Assembly: GCA_964016885.1 (NCBI GenBank)
Contig: CAXHJY010000702.1
Location: forward strand, 131,428 to 195,427
DNA length: 64,000 nucleotides
Direction: 5' to 3'
Source of the DNA: Eledone cirrhosa
Taxonomy: Eukaryota
Shown here in pieces: positions 1 to 12,816 of this stretch. How positions within the stretch are numbered: position 1 is the stretch's first letter; each line of letters starts with the position of its first letter. The notes under the pieces are model-generated. The model did no database searches, was not told where the DNA came from, and saw nothing but the letters and a program-made list of their open reading frames with translations. Position numbers and translations under genes: made by a program.

Positions 1-463
1 TTCTAGTACCAAACCCATAGCCTCCATGGATTCCGTCATAGCCGTCACAATGTTGTCCAACGTGACCATTTAGGTCGCCAGCAATAATTATATAGTCACT
101 GTCGGTTATTTGGGAGGTAGTGAGCATCAGTGTCTCATAGAATCTGTCTTTTATAGCGCCAGGCAGTCCGGATCGGGGTGCGTACGCAGATATTACTGTC
201 ACAGTAGTTCTATTTAGAACAAGTCTTATTTTAATTATTCTGTCGTTCACTCTATTTACGTCTATTATCTTATCCACCCATTTTTCTGCTAACATGAATC
301 CTACCCGACCCAGCCGATTGTCATTTCCCACCCAGAAATGCTTATAGCATCGTTTTTAACACACAATGAATCTAGCAGACCCGCCACTCCAACTGGTCTC
401 TTGGATACAGCAAACATCAACCTCCTTACGTTCAAGCATTTCTACAACCTCGTTAGAGTGACC
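1..463 (-). mobile_element. RTE-clade LINE fragment (APE endonuclease region), runs off window start
   Basis: Minus strand encodes ...KGHSNEVVEMLERKEVDVCCIQETSWSG (APE QET motif). Bases 1-105 nearly match 50012-50115 of the RTE copy. Abuts a TA tract at its truncated 5' end. Confidence 0.85.
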
Positions 464-586
464 TTTATATATATATAGATATATATAGATATATGTATAT
501 ATATAACGAAGGAAATGTGGTAAGGAACCAGATGAACCATAACGCACCAAAGAACTCAATACTAGAGTGGGTAATATGATCAAGTA

Positions 587-647
587 GGAAACCGACGGCT
601 GAGCTCAAGCCGTTTCGACGGCTAATTTTAGTCCAGAATTAGCCGTC
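587..647 (-). ncRNA. Partial type I hammerhead ribozyme motif (5' CUGANGA box missing)
   Basis: Minus strand: 11-bp stem II GACGGCTAATT/AATTAGCCGTC, GAAA, stem III ACGGCT/AGCCGT, GUC triplet. The 5' core is replaced by an (ATC)n tail. Confidence 0.6.
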
Positions 648-662
648 AAATGATGATGATGA

Positions 663-677
663 TATATATATATATAC

Positions 678-754
<77 letters not shown>

Positions 755-985
755 CATATATATATATATACATATATATATATATCTACATATATATACA
801 TATCAATATATATACATACATATACATATATATATGTATATATATGTATATATATATATACATATATATATATATACATGTATATACATATGTATATATA
901 TATATACATATATATATGTATATATATATATACATATATATATATACATATATATATACATATATATATACATATATATATATAC

Positions 986-1032
<47 letters not shown>

Positions 1033-1249
1033 CATATATATATACATATACATATATATATGTATATATATATACATATATACATATACATATATATATG
1101 TATATATATATACATATATACATACACATATATATATGTATATATATATATACATATATATATGTATATATATATACATATATATATGTATATGTATATA
1201 TATATGTATATATACATATATATAAATATACGTATATATATATATATAC

Positions 1250-1296
<47 letters not shown>

Positions 1297-1367
1297 CATA
1301 TATATATAGATATATATATACATATATATATACATATATATATATGTACATATATATATATATGTAC

Positions 1368-1398
<31 letters not shown>

Positions 1399-1436
1399 CA
1401 TATATATATATGTATATATATATATATATGTATATG
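663..1436. repeat. (TA)n microsatellite with TACA/TATG interruptions
   Basis: Directly visible. Similar tracts at 1780-2736, 7741-8952, 11640-12816, 18178-18708, 50116-50543, 51797-52241, 54810-55133, 59200-59703, 60311-60637 and 60983-61436. Confidence 0.98.
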
Positions 1437-1437
1437 T

Positions 1438-1780
1438 GGAGGCACATGGCTTAGTGGTTAGAGCATTGGCCTTGCAATCGAAAGGTTGTGAGTTCAATTC
1501 TCAGACCGGGTGATGTGTTGTTTCCTTGAGCAAGACACTTTATTTCACATTGCTCCAGTTTACTCAGCTGTAGAAATGAGATGATAGGGACTGGGGTCCA
1601 TATCATTCCACTGCAAAGTGGTCGTGGAGGTGCCACGGCAAAAAAGCACCCAGCACTCACTGTAAATGAGGTTGGTGTTAGGAAGGGCATCCAGCTGTAG
1701 AAATCAAGCCAGAATCAGTTCCCGTCCCACCCTTGCAAGCAGGGAAAAGTGGACGTAAAATGAAATGATGATGATGATGA
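1438..1780 (+). mobile_element. tRNA-derived SINE with RTE-derived 3' tail
   Basis: A box TGGCTTAGTGG, B box GTTCAATTC, body CCTTGAGCAAGACACTT. Tail CACTGTAAAT..GGTTGGTGTTAGGAAGGGCATCCA matches the RTE 3' UTR at 11472-11520. Ends in (GAT)n. Confidence 0.9.
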
Positions 1781-1814
1781 TATACATATATATTTATATA
1801 CATATATATATATG

Positions 1815-1896
<82 letters not shown>

Positions 1897-1950
1897 CATA
1901 TATATATATATACATATGTATATGTATATACATATATACATATATATATG

Positions 1951-2015
<65 letters not shown>

Positions 2016-2024
2016 CTGTATATA

Positions 2025-2090
<66 letters not shown>

Positions 2091-2096
2091 CATATA

Positions 2097-2147
<51 letters not shown>

Positions 2148-2208
2148 TTCATACGGATTGGACACTACCGTAAACTCTTGGTAGATTTATCTACATATAT
2201 ATATATAC

Positions 2209-2321
<113 letters not shown>

Positions 2322-2336
2322 TATATATACATATAC

Positions 2337-2433
<97 letters not shown>

Positions 2434-2434
2434 C

Positions 2435-2579
<145 letters not shown>

Positions 2580-2592
2580 CATATATATATAC

Positions 2593-2643
<51 letters not shown>

Positions 2644-2657
2644 TATATACATATACA

Positions 2658-2731
<74 letters not shown>

Positions 2732-2832
2732 CATATATAACTTTATAACTTTGAATAACTTTGAAATGTTTTGGCCAGTATTGGCCCAGGCCATGTCTAA
2801 CTTAATAGCACCACCTGGCGAAGTCTTTCAAT

Positions 2833-5800
2833 TCAGGATTTGGGCACCATGGCCCATTCGAGAAGAGAATTACTGTTTGCGGAGACATATCCGGGTGTGG
2901 GTGGTTTGTCCGGGATTACTTGGAGGAATTTGTCCAAAGACTTCTTGAATTTTGTGTGGTCAGTTTCTGTTTTGACGTGTCCTGGTGTGATGTTGAAGAG
3001 AGCAGGGCCGATTGAGGTGAAATAATTGTGCCGTATTGATGTTATGAGTTGCGATTTAGATTTTTGAATGGGACGGATAGCACGGGGCCCAAGCCTTGGG
3101 TGTATCTTGAAGGCGATGCCAACATCATTTGGGCAGTGATGATGGAACATTTTCCACATCATGCAGATAATATAACGCTCACGGCGACGTTGGAGTGAGT
3201 AAAGTTTCAGGTTTTCCAATCGACCCCAGTAGTCAAGGTCTGACATGCCATCTATCTTTTTCGTGATTGCCCTTTGAGGAGCTTCAAGTTTCATGATACT
3301 TTGTTTCGTGTGGGGAGACCACAGTGGACAACAGTATTCAAGGTGTGGTCGGGCGAAAGTAGAGAAGAGAAGGATAATGGTGCGGGAATCTCTCGACTGG
3401 AAGGTTCTGAGGATCCAGGAACACATTCTGCGGGCCATGTCAACTTTGCTGCTTATATGCGTGGTCCAGCTTATGTTGCTGTCCACGGTTACTCCCAAGT
3501 CTCTGATGTTGTTAGATGCCACGAGAGTTTCCCCGGAGGGAAGGGAGTACGGGAGTTTCAGAGCATCCTCTTTTCCAAAGTGGATCAGTTCGAATTTGTC
3601 TTCGTTCAGTAACATGTTGTTCTTTTCTGCCCATTGGGTAACAGCCAGTAGGTCTGACTGAAGGCTTATCCGGTCATCCACGCCATTGATGACCTTTTGG
3701 AGCTTGGAATCATCAGCGAAAATTTTAATGTTGCTGTGTTTGATGATGTCAGTGATGTCATTAATATAGATGATGAAGAGAAGTGGGCCCAACACAGTGC
3801 CTTGTGGGACTCCACTACTGACTTTGGCTGGGCTTGATTTGACTCCCTCAACTACAACATGTTGGGTTCTGTTTGACAGGAAGCTCTTGATCCACTGCAG
3901 CAGCTTTCCAGTGACACCAATATTGGACAGCTTTCTCAGTAGAATGTTATGATCAACCCTGTCAAAGGCCTTGCTGAAATCAAGGTAGATAACATCAGTG
4001 TTGGAACCCTCTCCCAAGGCTCTCAAAATGTCATCAAAGTGATGCAGTAGTTGCGTCAGGCAATCCCTTCCATTACGGAATCCATGCTGGTTGGAGTTCA
4101 GCATATTGTTACTCTCAAGGAAGTGGGTCATTCGCGATCTCACCACTCGCTCAAATACCTTAATGATATGAGAGGTGAGTGAGATTGGACGGTAATTCAC
4201 GGCAAGGGATTTGTTTCCCTTTTTGAAAACTGGGACAACAGACTGGGATAGAAGGTTTTCTGGCACATATCCAGCATCCAGTGAGTTCCGCCACAGATTG
4301 GCAAGAGGAGAAGCAAGTTGGTGTTGACACGCCTTCAAGACACAAGCAGGGAACCTATCGGGACCTACTGCTGAATTATGCTTGATTTCCTTTATTGCCG
4401 CCAAGACATCAGGGGCGCCAAACGTTATGTCCGATAAGGTGTAATGGGGAGTAACATCGCCGATACAGCCCAGATCGGCCATATCAGGATTGCTGAAAAC
4501 AGAGCAGTATTGTTTCTGCAGTATCTCACCCATGGTTTTAGCATTGTCTTGAAGAGTGCCATTTTCATCAATTAGAGGGCCAACAGTAGAGCCAGTGATT
4601 TTGTGTTTTTTTGCAAATGAAAAGAACACTTTGGGATTGAGTTTGATCTTCTCAATGGCCCAGGCCTCTTCAGCTCTTCTCTGATTGTTGATGAGGGACA
4701 TTATGTTGTTTTGGAGGTTATGTTTTTTAATCTCTAGTGATGAAATGGCAGTCAAGTTGATGTGTTGCTGCTGACAGTATTTCAGATTGTTGATTTTTTT
4801 GTTCGTTCTCTTAATTTTTCTGATGAGCGTTTTTCTATTTCTAGGGATTCTGCTCTTAGATTTGTTTATAGTTCTTAATGGGGTGTGTTTAGCACATATG
4901 TTTGTAACAGTGTCCACAAATGTCTGCCAGGACTTTTTGATGTTAGTGGGTGTATGAGTGTGCGTGAAGGACCAGTCGACATGTGCAAGATCATGACTGA
5001 TCGCTTCCCAGTTTGCATTGTGGAAATCCATAGCGTCAAACGGATGGACAGGAGAAATGACATTGGGTTTGTATATTGGACGGTGGAATCTCAGATCACA
5101 GAGAACCATGTCATGATCAGAGAGTAGAGTTTTCTCCACTGCAATATTGTGGATATTGTCAGTGTGATTGCTGAAAATTAAGTCTAGGACGTTTTTGTGG
5201 CACCTCGTTGGTTCGAGCACTAGTTGGGATAGGAAGAAATCATCCATGAAGTCAAGAAGCGATTCCACAGCTTCCCTGTCAGAGGTTGAGGCAGAAGAAC
5301 CTGGTGGCAGGGTGTTTGTGGACCAGTCAACTCCGGGGAGGTTGAAGTCCCCCATCATTAAGATATTGTCAGGGTGACACTCTTGGATGAAACACTTTAT
5401 GCTGTTGAGGCATTCCTTGAAGCATGGTACAGGCGTTTGGGGTGGCCTATAGAGCCCAACTACTAATAGGTTGTTGGTTTGACTGAATACAGTGACTGCC
5501 TCACAGTATCCATTAGTGAATATGTTCATAGCCTCTGTTGAGAAAGAATTATGGACATAAATGGCAGTTCCGCCCTTTCTTCTGCCAGCGCGATCAGCAC
5601 GGATGGCTTTGAAATTTTTCACTTTCACCTCGGCTTCCAAGTGGAGGTTACTGAGATGGGTTTCAGTGAGGACGAAGAAAGGGATGTGGTTTGGATGGAC
5701 ATCAATCCAGTCCTCCAGGAATTTGATCTTCCATTTTTGAGTATTGGTGGAAGGGCTGATGCCTTGGGCGTTAAGTAAAAATGTAGAGGCGAGAGTGGAT

Positions 5801-5853
5801 GGTTTTAATTGTTTTGGTGTGTTGTTAATTTGTTTGTTTGTTAATGGCAGCAA
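2833..5853 (-). CDS. LINE ORF2: APE endonuclease + reverse transcriptase (1006 aa)
   Basis: EN motifs LTETH, YRPP, GDFNLP, LDLIF, SDH. RT motifs [42 protein letters not shown]-terminal RPHLEY..WSP and [10 protein letters not shown] typical of the CR1 group. Confidence 0.95.
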   Translation of the reverse strand: MLPLTNKQINNTPKQLKPSTLASTFLLNAQGISPSTNTQKWKIKFLEDWIDVHPNHIPFFVLTETHLSNLHLEAEVKVKNFKAIRADRAGRRKGGTAIYVHNSFSTEAMNIFTNGYCEAVTVFSQTNNLLVVGLYRPPQTPVPCFKECLNSIKCFIQECHPDNILMMGDFNLPGVDWSTNTLPPGSSASTSDREAVESLLDFMDDFFLSQLVLEPTRCHKNVLDLIFSNHTDNIHNIAVEKTLLSDHDMVLCDLRFHRPIYKPNVISPVHPFDAMDFHNANWEAISHDLAHVDWSFTHTHTPTNIKKSWQTFVDTVTNICAKHTPLRTINKSKSRIPRNRKTLIRKIKRTNKKINNLKYCQQQHINLTAISSLEIKKHNLQNNIMSLINNQRRAEEAWAIEKIKLNPKVFFSFAKKHKITGSTVGPLIDENGTLQDNAKTMGEILQKQYCSVFSNPDMADLGCIGDVTPHYTLSDITFGAPDVLAAIKEIKHNSAVGPDRFPACVLKACQHQLASPLANLWRNSLDAGYVPENLLSQSVVPVFKKGNKSLAVNYRPISLTSHIIKVFERVVRSRMTHFLESNNMLNSNQHGFRNGRDCLTQLLHHFDDILRALGEGSNTDVIYLDFSKAFDRVDHNILLRKLSNIGVTGKLLQWIKSFLSNRTQHVVVEGVKSSPAKVSSGVPQGTVLGPLLFIIYINDITDIIKHSNIKIFADDSKLQKVINGVDDRISLQSDLLAVTQWAEKNNMLLNEDKFELIHFGKEDALKLPYSLPSGETLVASNNIRDLGVTVDSNISWTTHISSKVDMARRMCSWILRTFQSRDSRTIILLFSTFARPHLEYCCPLWSPHTKQSIMKLEAPQRAITKKIDGMSDLDYWGRLENLKLYSLQRRRERYIICMMWKMFHHHCPNDVGIAFKIHPRLGPRAIRPIQKSKSQLITSIRHNYFTSIGPALFNITPGHVKTETDHTKFKKSLDKFLQVIPDKPPTPGYVSANSNSLLEWAMVPKS

Positions 5854-7001
5854 TGGGAGTTTGTGCAGTGGGGTGATAGTGGAGGGTGGTGCTGGGTGAT
5901 AGCTCGAATGTTTTTTTCCAGTTCTTTTGCCAGATTCATTATGGCTAAAAAAGAGGAAGAAGTTTCCTGTTTAGAAGACTGTTGGTGACTGTGGTAGTGG
6001 TTATTTTTATGTAGGTTATGGTTTTTGTTTTTGCTTTTATTTTTAATTTTATTTTCATTTATCCGACGGGTCCCCGGGAGATGGGTAAAGGGACAATCCC
6101 GGTCTAAACACAATCTGTCTCGCAGGGAAAAACGGCAGATTTGTGGATTCCTTGTTTGAGTTATTGGTGGTTGTGTTGGTGTTAAATTAGAGTATGTATT
6201 ATGGTGGTGGCTGTTTGTGGGGATAGATCGTTTTGTCCTAGGTAAATGGGTGAATTTGCAGCCACTATCCGTACATATTCTATAGCGTAGAGAGTAGCGG
6301 CAAATGATGGGGTTTCGAGTGGGTGGGTATATGGGTGTGGGTGTTGTGAGAGGTGTAGATGATGGTTTGGGTAGGATTTGACGACCTTTGTGGACTGTGG
6401 GAGGGAGAGTTCTTGTTCTGGTATTAGAAGGTAAATTCCTTGACATAGCAGTAGACAAAAATGTTGTAGTAGTAGTAGTAGTAGTAGGCAGAGATGTTGG
6501 CAGTGGTGATGATTGGACTGCTGGGCCAGAGAAAGGATGTGGCGTTTCATGCTGTGAGACAGAGGCTACTGGGGGGTCAATAGTTTCATTTAGTAGATCG
6601 GCCATTGTTGATGAATCAAGGAGTGGTTCACACTGTTGTTGTTGCTGTTGTTGATGTTGTTGTTGTAGCTGTTGTTGATGTTGTTGTTGTAGCTGTTGTT
6701 GTTGTTGCTGTTGTAGCTGCTGTTGTTGTTGTTGCTGCTGCTGGACAGCATTCGAAGAGAAAACACACCGTAGTTTATCCAAATGTTTATTGATTAATTT
6801 AAAAGCAATTTCGATTTGCTTTAATTTATTTTGAATCTGTTGTTCAGATCGAGTTTTCAAAAATTGAACTGTACGTTTAGCAATGTCGTTCAGAGATGAA
6901 GCATCTATATTTTCTGTTTGGGAAAGGCAATGCCATGTGTTTATTAGAATGTCGATTTCATTATCAGACCAGTTCTGTTTGGATTTTTGCTGGTTAGCCA
7001 T
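5841..7001 (-). CDS. LINE ORF1: Myb/SANT-like N-terminus, polyQ, P/T-rich linker, two CCCH zinc-finger-like repeats (386 aa)
   Basis: NWSDNEIDILINTW...RSEQQIQNKLK, plus CRYSLRYRICTDSGCKFTH and CRFSLRDRLCLDRDCPFTH. Lies directly upstream of ORF2, overlapping the called ORF2 start by 13 nt. Confidence 0.8.
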   Translation of the reverse strand: MANQQKSKQNWSDNEIDILINTWHCLSQTENIDASSLNDIAKRTVQFLKTRSEQQIQNKLKQIEIAFKLINKHLDKLRCVFSSNAVQQQQQQQQQLQQQQQQQLQQQHQQQLQQQHQQQQQQQCEPLLDSSTMADLLNETIDPPVASVSQHETPHPFSGPAVQSSPLPTSLPTTTTTTTTFLSTAMSRNLPSNTRTRTLPPTVHKGRQILPKPSSTPLTTPTPIYPPTRNPIICRYSLRYRICTDSGCKFTHLPRTKRSIPTNSHHHNTYSNLTPTQPPITQTRNPQICRFSLRDRLCLDRDCPFTHLPGTRRINENKIKNKSKNKNHNLHKNNHYHSHQQSSKQETSSSFLAIMNLAKELEKNIRAITQHHPPLSPHCTNSHCCH

Positions 7002-7013
7002 TCTAGTTTTGAG

Positions 7014-7629
7014 TGTGTGTGTGTTTTAGTTAAGTATTTCAATATATATATATTTTTTTTTTTTTAATTTATTTTTGATTTATTTTTGTTTTTTGTTTTT
7101 CTTGTGTGTGAGTGAGAAGCGTATATAAATAAATATGAGTATATATATATGTATATTCTGGTTATTTGAAATTAATTAAGTTAATGAAAAGACGAAAGTA
7201 TATAATAATAATTTGTAGTTAAAGGAAAATGTACTCACAAGTTCGTGTGTGTGTGTTTTAGTTAAGTATTTCAATATATATATATTTTTTTTTTAAATTT
7301 ATTTTTGTTTTTTGTTTTTCTTGTGTGTGAGTGAGAAGCGTATATATATAAATATGAGTATATATATATATATATATGTATATTCTGGTTATTTGAAATT
7401 AATGAAAAGACGAAAGTATATAATAATAATTTGTAGTTAAAGGAAAATGTACTCACAAGTTCGAAAACACGTGGTTTCAAATATATAATAATATAGATGT
7501 ATGAAAAATGTATTAACCGGTCAATTTTCAAATATATAATAATATAGATGTATGAAAAATGTATTAACCGGTCAATTTTCAAATATATAATAATATAGAT
7601 GTATGAAAATGTATTAACCGGTCAATTTT
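7014..7629. repeat. Tandem duplications within the LINE 5' UTR
   Basis: About 220-230 bp unit twice (about 7014-7244 and 7246-7463), then a 51-bp unit AAATATATAATAATATAGATGTATGAAAAATGTATTAACCGGTCAATTTTC three times (7479-7629). Confidence 0.85.
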
Positions 7630-7744
7630 TGTTTGTTTGGTTTTGTCTTGTGGTTTTGTTTTGTGGCTGTGTGACTTGCTGCTTACTCGGGGAGAGAAGT
7701 AAAAACACGTCCTTATACTTCAACTGCTCAACTGCTCAACTATA

Positions 7745-8149
<405 letters not shown>

Positions 8150-8210
8150 TTCGTACGGATTGGACACTACCGTAAACTCTTGGTAGATTTATCTACATAT
8201 ATATATATAC

Positions 8211-8384
<174 letters not shown>

Positions 8385-8445
8385 TTCATACGGATTGGAC
8401 ACTACCGTAAACTCTTGGTAGATTTATCTACATATATATATATAC

Positions 8446-8619
<174 letters not shown>

Positions 8620-8637
8620 ATATATATATATATACAC

Positions 8638-8928
<291 letters not shown>

Positions 8929-8952
8929 CATATATACATATACATATATATG

Positions 8953-11639
8953 TACTCGACAACAGAAGAGGACTATCCTCAGGAGGAAAATATGGAAGCT
9001 AAAGCACCCCACAGCCATGAATAAATTTCAAAGCATATTACTTGATGCTTTCGACAGTAAGGAAGAACATTTAGAGTCGGACAATATAGAGGGAGAGTGG
9101 GAATTTCTGAAAGCAAACCTGCTGTTGGCGACAGACGAAGTCTGTGGCTGGAGCAGGCCTGTAGGCAGGAGGAGAGTAACATGGTGGTGGAACAGTAAGG
9201 TGGAGGGGTCAATTAAGGCCAAAAAGCAGGCTTGGAAAGTATGGCGGGATGGGGGAAGTAGAGAGGACTATCAAGTGGCCAGGAGGGAAGCTAGGAGACA
9301 AGTGTACTTAGCAAGAAGGGAAGCTGAGGAAAGAAAGTTCAAGCATGTTCTACAACGCGATGACCAAAAACGTGAGGTGTTCAGGATTGCTAGGCAATGC
9401 GTCAAGGAAAACCGTGATATTGTCGGGGAGAAGTGTGTACTAAACGACGATGGCACACTTGCCATCACCGACGCTGATAAGAAGGTAGCTTGGAAGTGTC
9501 ACTATGAAAGGCTACTAAATGAGGAGAATAATTGGGAGAAAGGCAGTCTCCCCCATATCGACCCAATAGAGGGACCAGCAGTGTTAGTCGAGGGGAGTAT
9601 AATAAGTAAGGCAATCAAGGATATGAAGACTGGTAAGGCGGCTGGGCCTTCGGAAATAGTTGCTGAGATGCTGAAGGCATCTGGCACGGTGGGACACACC
9701 ATGGTCACCCGCATAGTTAACCAAGTCGTACAGAATGGGGTTGTTCCGAAGGACTGGCATAGCAGCATCATCGTTAACTGTTATAAGGGTAAAGGAGACG
9801 CCCTAGATAGGAGTAACTATAGAGGCATTAAATTAATCGACCAGGTCATGAAGGTCACGGAAAAAGTAATAGCGCAACTAATCAGAGAGAGAATTGACCT
9901 AGATGAAATGCAGTTCGGGTTTGTGTCAGGCAAAAGTACCACAGACGCTCTTTTCATAGTACGACAACTACAGGAGAAGTACCTAGCTAAAGGTAAACCC
10001 CTCTACTTAGCTTTTGTCGACTTGGAGAAAGCCTTCGACAGAGTCCCCCGCTCCATTATCTGGTGGGCTCTTAGAAAACTAGGCGTTGACGAATGGCTTG
10101 TGAGGGCTATACAAGCCATGTATAAAGAAACAGTCAGCAAGGTTAGAATTAACAACGAATATAGTGAAGAGTTTAGCGTAAAAGTTGGCGTCCATCAGGG
10201 CTCTGTTCTCAGTCCACTACTATTTATTATTGCCCTTCAGGCTATAACAGAGGAGTTCAAGACAGGCTGCCCATGGGAACTCCTATACGCAGACGACCTG
10301 ACACTCATAGCGGAATCAATGGCCGAGCTAGAGAAGAAATTCCAAACATGGAAGCACGGCCTAGAGTCAAAAGGACTTAAAATTAACCTGGCTAAGACCA
10401 AAGTACTAGTTTGTAGGAAAGAAAACAAGGCGGCGGTCCCTTCTGGGAAATGGTCGTGCTCGGTGTGTAGGAAAGGCGTAGGTAGAAACTCCATTTTATG
10501 TCCTAAATGCAAAGTATGGGTGCATAAAAGATGTAGTGGGATCACAGGTAAGCTAACTAAGAACATAGATTTTACATGTGGCCGGTGCTCTGGTGCAATA
10601 AGTAGCAGCAAGTGCCCACAAACTACTAGCTCTTTCAATTGCGCAGAGGGTTCTATAGAAATAGTGGACAGCTTCCGTTACCTGGGCGATAAAATCAGCA
10701 GTGGGGGAGGGTGCTCTGAAAGTACTGTAGCTAGAGTCAGAACTGGTTGGAAAAAGTTCAGAGAGCTTATACCACTATTAGCTGCTAAAGGGTTCTCACT
10801 AAAAATGAAAGGCAGGTTGTACGATGCCTGCATACGAACAGCAATGCTGCATGGCAGTGAGACCTGGGCATTGTGTGCAGAGGATATACGCAGACTAGAG
10901 AGGAACGAAGCTTGCATGCTCCGCTGGATGTGTAACAGTAATATACGTGAACGGCAAAGCATAAACGAACTAAGGAAAAAATTAGAGATAAGAGGGATCA
11001 GATGTTGTTTACTCGAGAGAAGGCTACGTTGGTATGGACACGTGATGCGCATGAAAGTCGATAGCTGTATAACAAAGTGCAGGGCAATAAAGATAGACGG
11101 TAGTCACGGAATAGGCAGACCTAGAAAAACCTGGGACGAGCTGATAAACTCCGACATCACACACTTACACCTCTCCAAGACAATGTCACTGGACCGAGAC
11201 CTTTGGCGGTACTCAGTAACAGAGAAGACCCGCCTTACCTAAATATATAGTAAAACCTACTCCAGCCAGTAGGCATCTCTAACAAAATACACCCCGTCCC
11301 ACCACCACCACCCCCACCCGATCCACACCACCCCGTTCTATGTAAAGTTATGTTGGTGCCGCGCCATCGAGGCCGAAACAAATGAGATCGTGTAGGTGTC
11401 ACGACAAAAAACACACAGTCCACGCTGTAATGTGGCCGTGTAGGCAACACGGTAAAAACCTCCCAGACCCACACTGTAAATGTGGTTGGTGTTAGGAAGG
11501 GCATCCAACTGTAGAAAACCTGCCAGACAGTCCTATGCGAGCAAGACAATCACTCTTGCCTCAAGTGGGACTACCCCCGTCCAAACCCATGCAAGCGTGG
11601 AACACGGACGTTAAACGTTGATGATGATGATGATGATGA
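8953..11639 (+). mobile_element. 5'-truncated young RTE-clade LINE
   Basis: Open 741-aa RT-containing ORF, about 400 bp 3' UTR, (GAT)n tail, TA tracts on both sides. Confidence 0.93.
9017..11242 (+). CDS. RTE ORF (EN lost): RT with embedded PHD-like zinc finger
   Basis: [65 protein letters not shown]4HC3 insert at 10457-10588. Confidence 0.9.
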   Translation: MNKFQSILLDAFDSKEEHLESDNIEGEWEFLKANLLLATDEVCGWSRPVGRRRVTWWWNSKVEGSIKAKKQAWKVWRDGGSREDYQVARREARRQVYLARREAEERKFKHVLQRDDQKREVFRIARQCVKENRDIVGEKCVLNDDGTLAITDADKKVAWKCHYERLLNEENNWEKGSLPHIDPIEGPAVLVEGSIISKAIKDMKTGKAAGPSEIVAEMLKASGTVGHTMVTRIVNQVVQNGVVPKDWHSSIIVNCYKGKGDALDRSNYRGIKLIDQVMKVTEKVIAQLIRERIDLDEMQFGFVSGKSTTDALFIVRQLQEKYLAKGKPLYLAFVDLEKAFDRVPRSIIWWALRKLGVDEWLVRAIQAMYKETVSKVRINNEYSEEFSVKVGVHQGSVLSPLLFIIALQAITEEFKTGCPWELLYADDLTLIAESMAELEKKFQTWKHGLESKGLKINLAKTKVLVCRKENKAAVPSGKWSCSVCRKGVGRNSILCPKCKVWVHKRCSGITGKLTKNIDFTCGRCSGAISSSKCPQTTSSFNCAEGSIEIVDSFRYLGDKISSGGGCSESTVARVRTGWKKFRELIPLLAAKGFSLKMKGRLYDACIRTAMLHGSETWALCAEDIRRLERNEACMLRWMCNSNIRERQSINELRKKLEIRGIRCCLLERRLRWYGHVMRMKVDSCITKCRAIKIDGSHGIGRPRKTWDELINSDITHLHLSKTMSLDRDLWRYSVTEKTRLT

Positions 11640-11658
11640 TATACATATATATATATAC

Positions 11659-11703
<45 letters not shown>

Positions 11704-11810
11704 CATATATATATATACATTTATATATATACATATATATATATACATATATATATACATATATATGTATACATATATATATATACATATATATGTATAC
11801 ATATATATAT

Positions 11811-11939
<129 letters not shown>

Positions 11940-11952
11940 CATATATATATAC

Positions 11953-12015
<63 letters not shown>

Positions 12016-12142
12016 CATATATATATACATATATATATATACATATATATATATACTTATATATATACTTATATATATACATATATATATACATATATAT
12101 ATACATATATATATACATATATATATATACATATATATATAC

Positions 12143-12196
<54 letters not shown>

Positions 12197-12816
12197 GTAT
12201 ATATATATATACATATATATATATGTATATATATATGTATATATATATATACATATATATATACGTATATATATATGTATATATATATATACATATATAT
12301 ATACATATATATATATGTATATATATATATACATATATATATACATATATATATATGTATATATATATATACATATATATATACATATATACAAATATAT
12401 ATACATATATATATATGTATATATATATATACAAATATATATACATATATATATATGTATATATATATATACAAATATATATACATATATATATATGTAT
12501 ATATATATATATACAAATATATATACATATATATATATGTATATATATATATACAAATATATATACATATATATATATGTATATATATATATACAAATAT
12601 ATATACATATATATATATGTATATGTATACATATATATATATATACATATATATATATATGTATATGTATATATATATATACAAATATATATATATGTAT
12701 ATATATATATATATGTATATGTATATATATATATACAAATATATATATACGGACGTTAAACGTTGATGATGATGATGATGATGTATATATATATATACAT
12801 ATATATATGTATATAT

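Larger units (their letters stand above)
2737..7740 (-). mobile_element. Apparently full-length CR1/L2-group LINE inserted in a (TA)n tract
   Basis: About 740 bp 5' UTR, two open ORFs, short 3' UTR ending in TTCAAAGTTA-like repeats, TA tracts on both sides. A second copy with the same 3' end starts at 52636. Confidence 0.9.

Noticed and set aside
3274-5778. Short ORFs antisense or off-frame to LINE ORFs (also within the RTE copies)
   Set aside because: Shadow ORFs of retrotransposon coding sequence.
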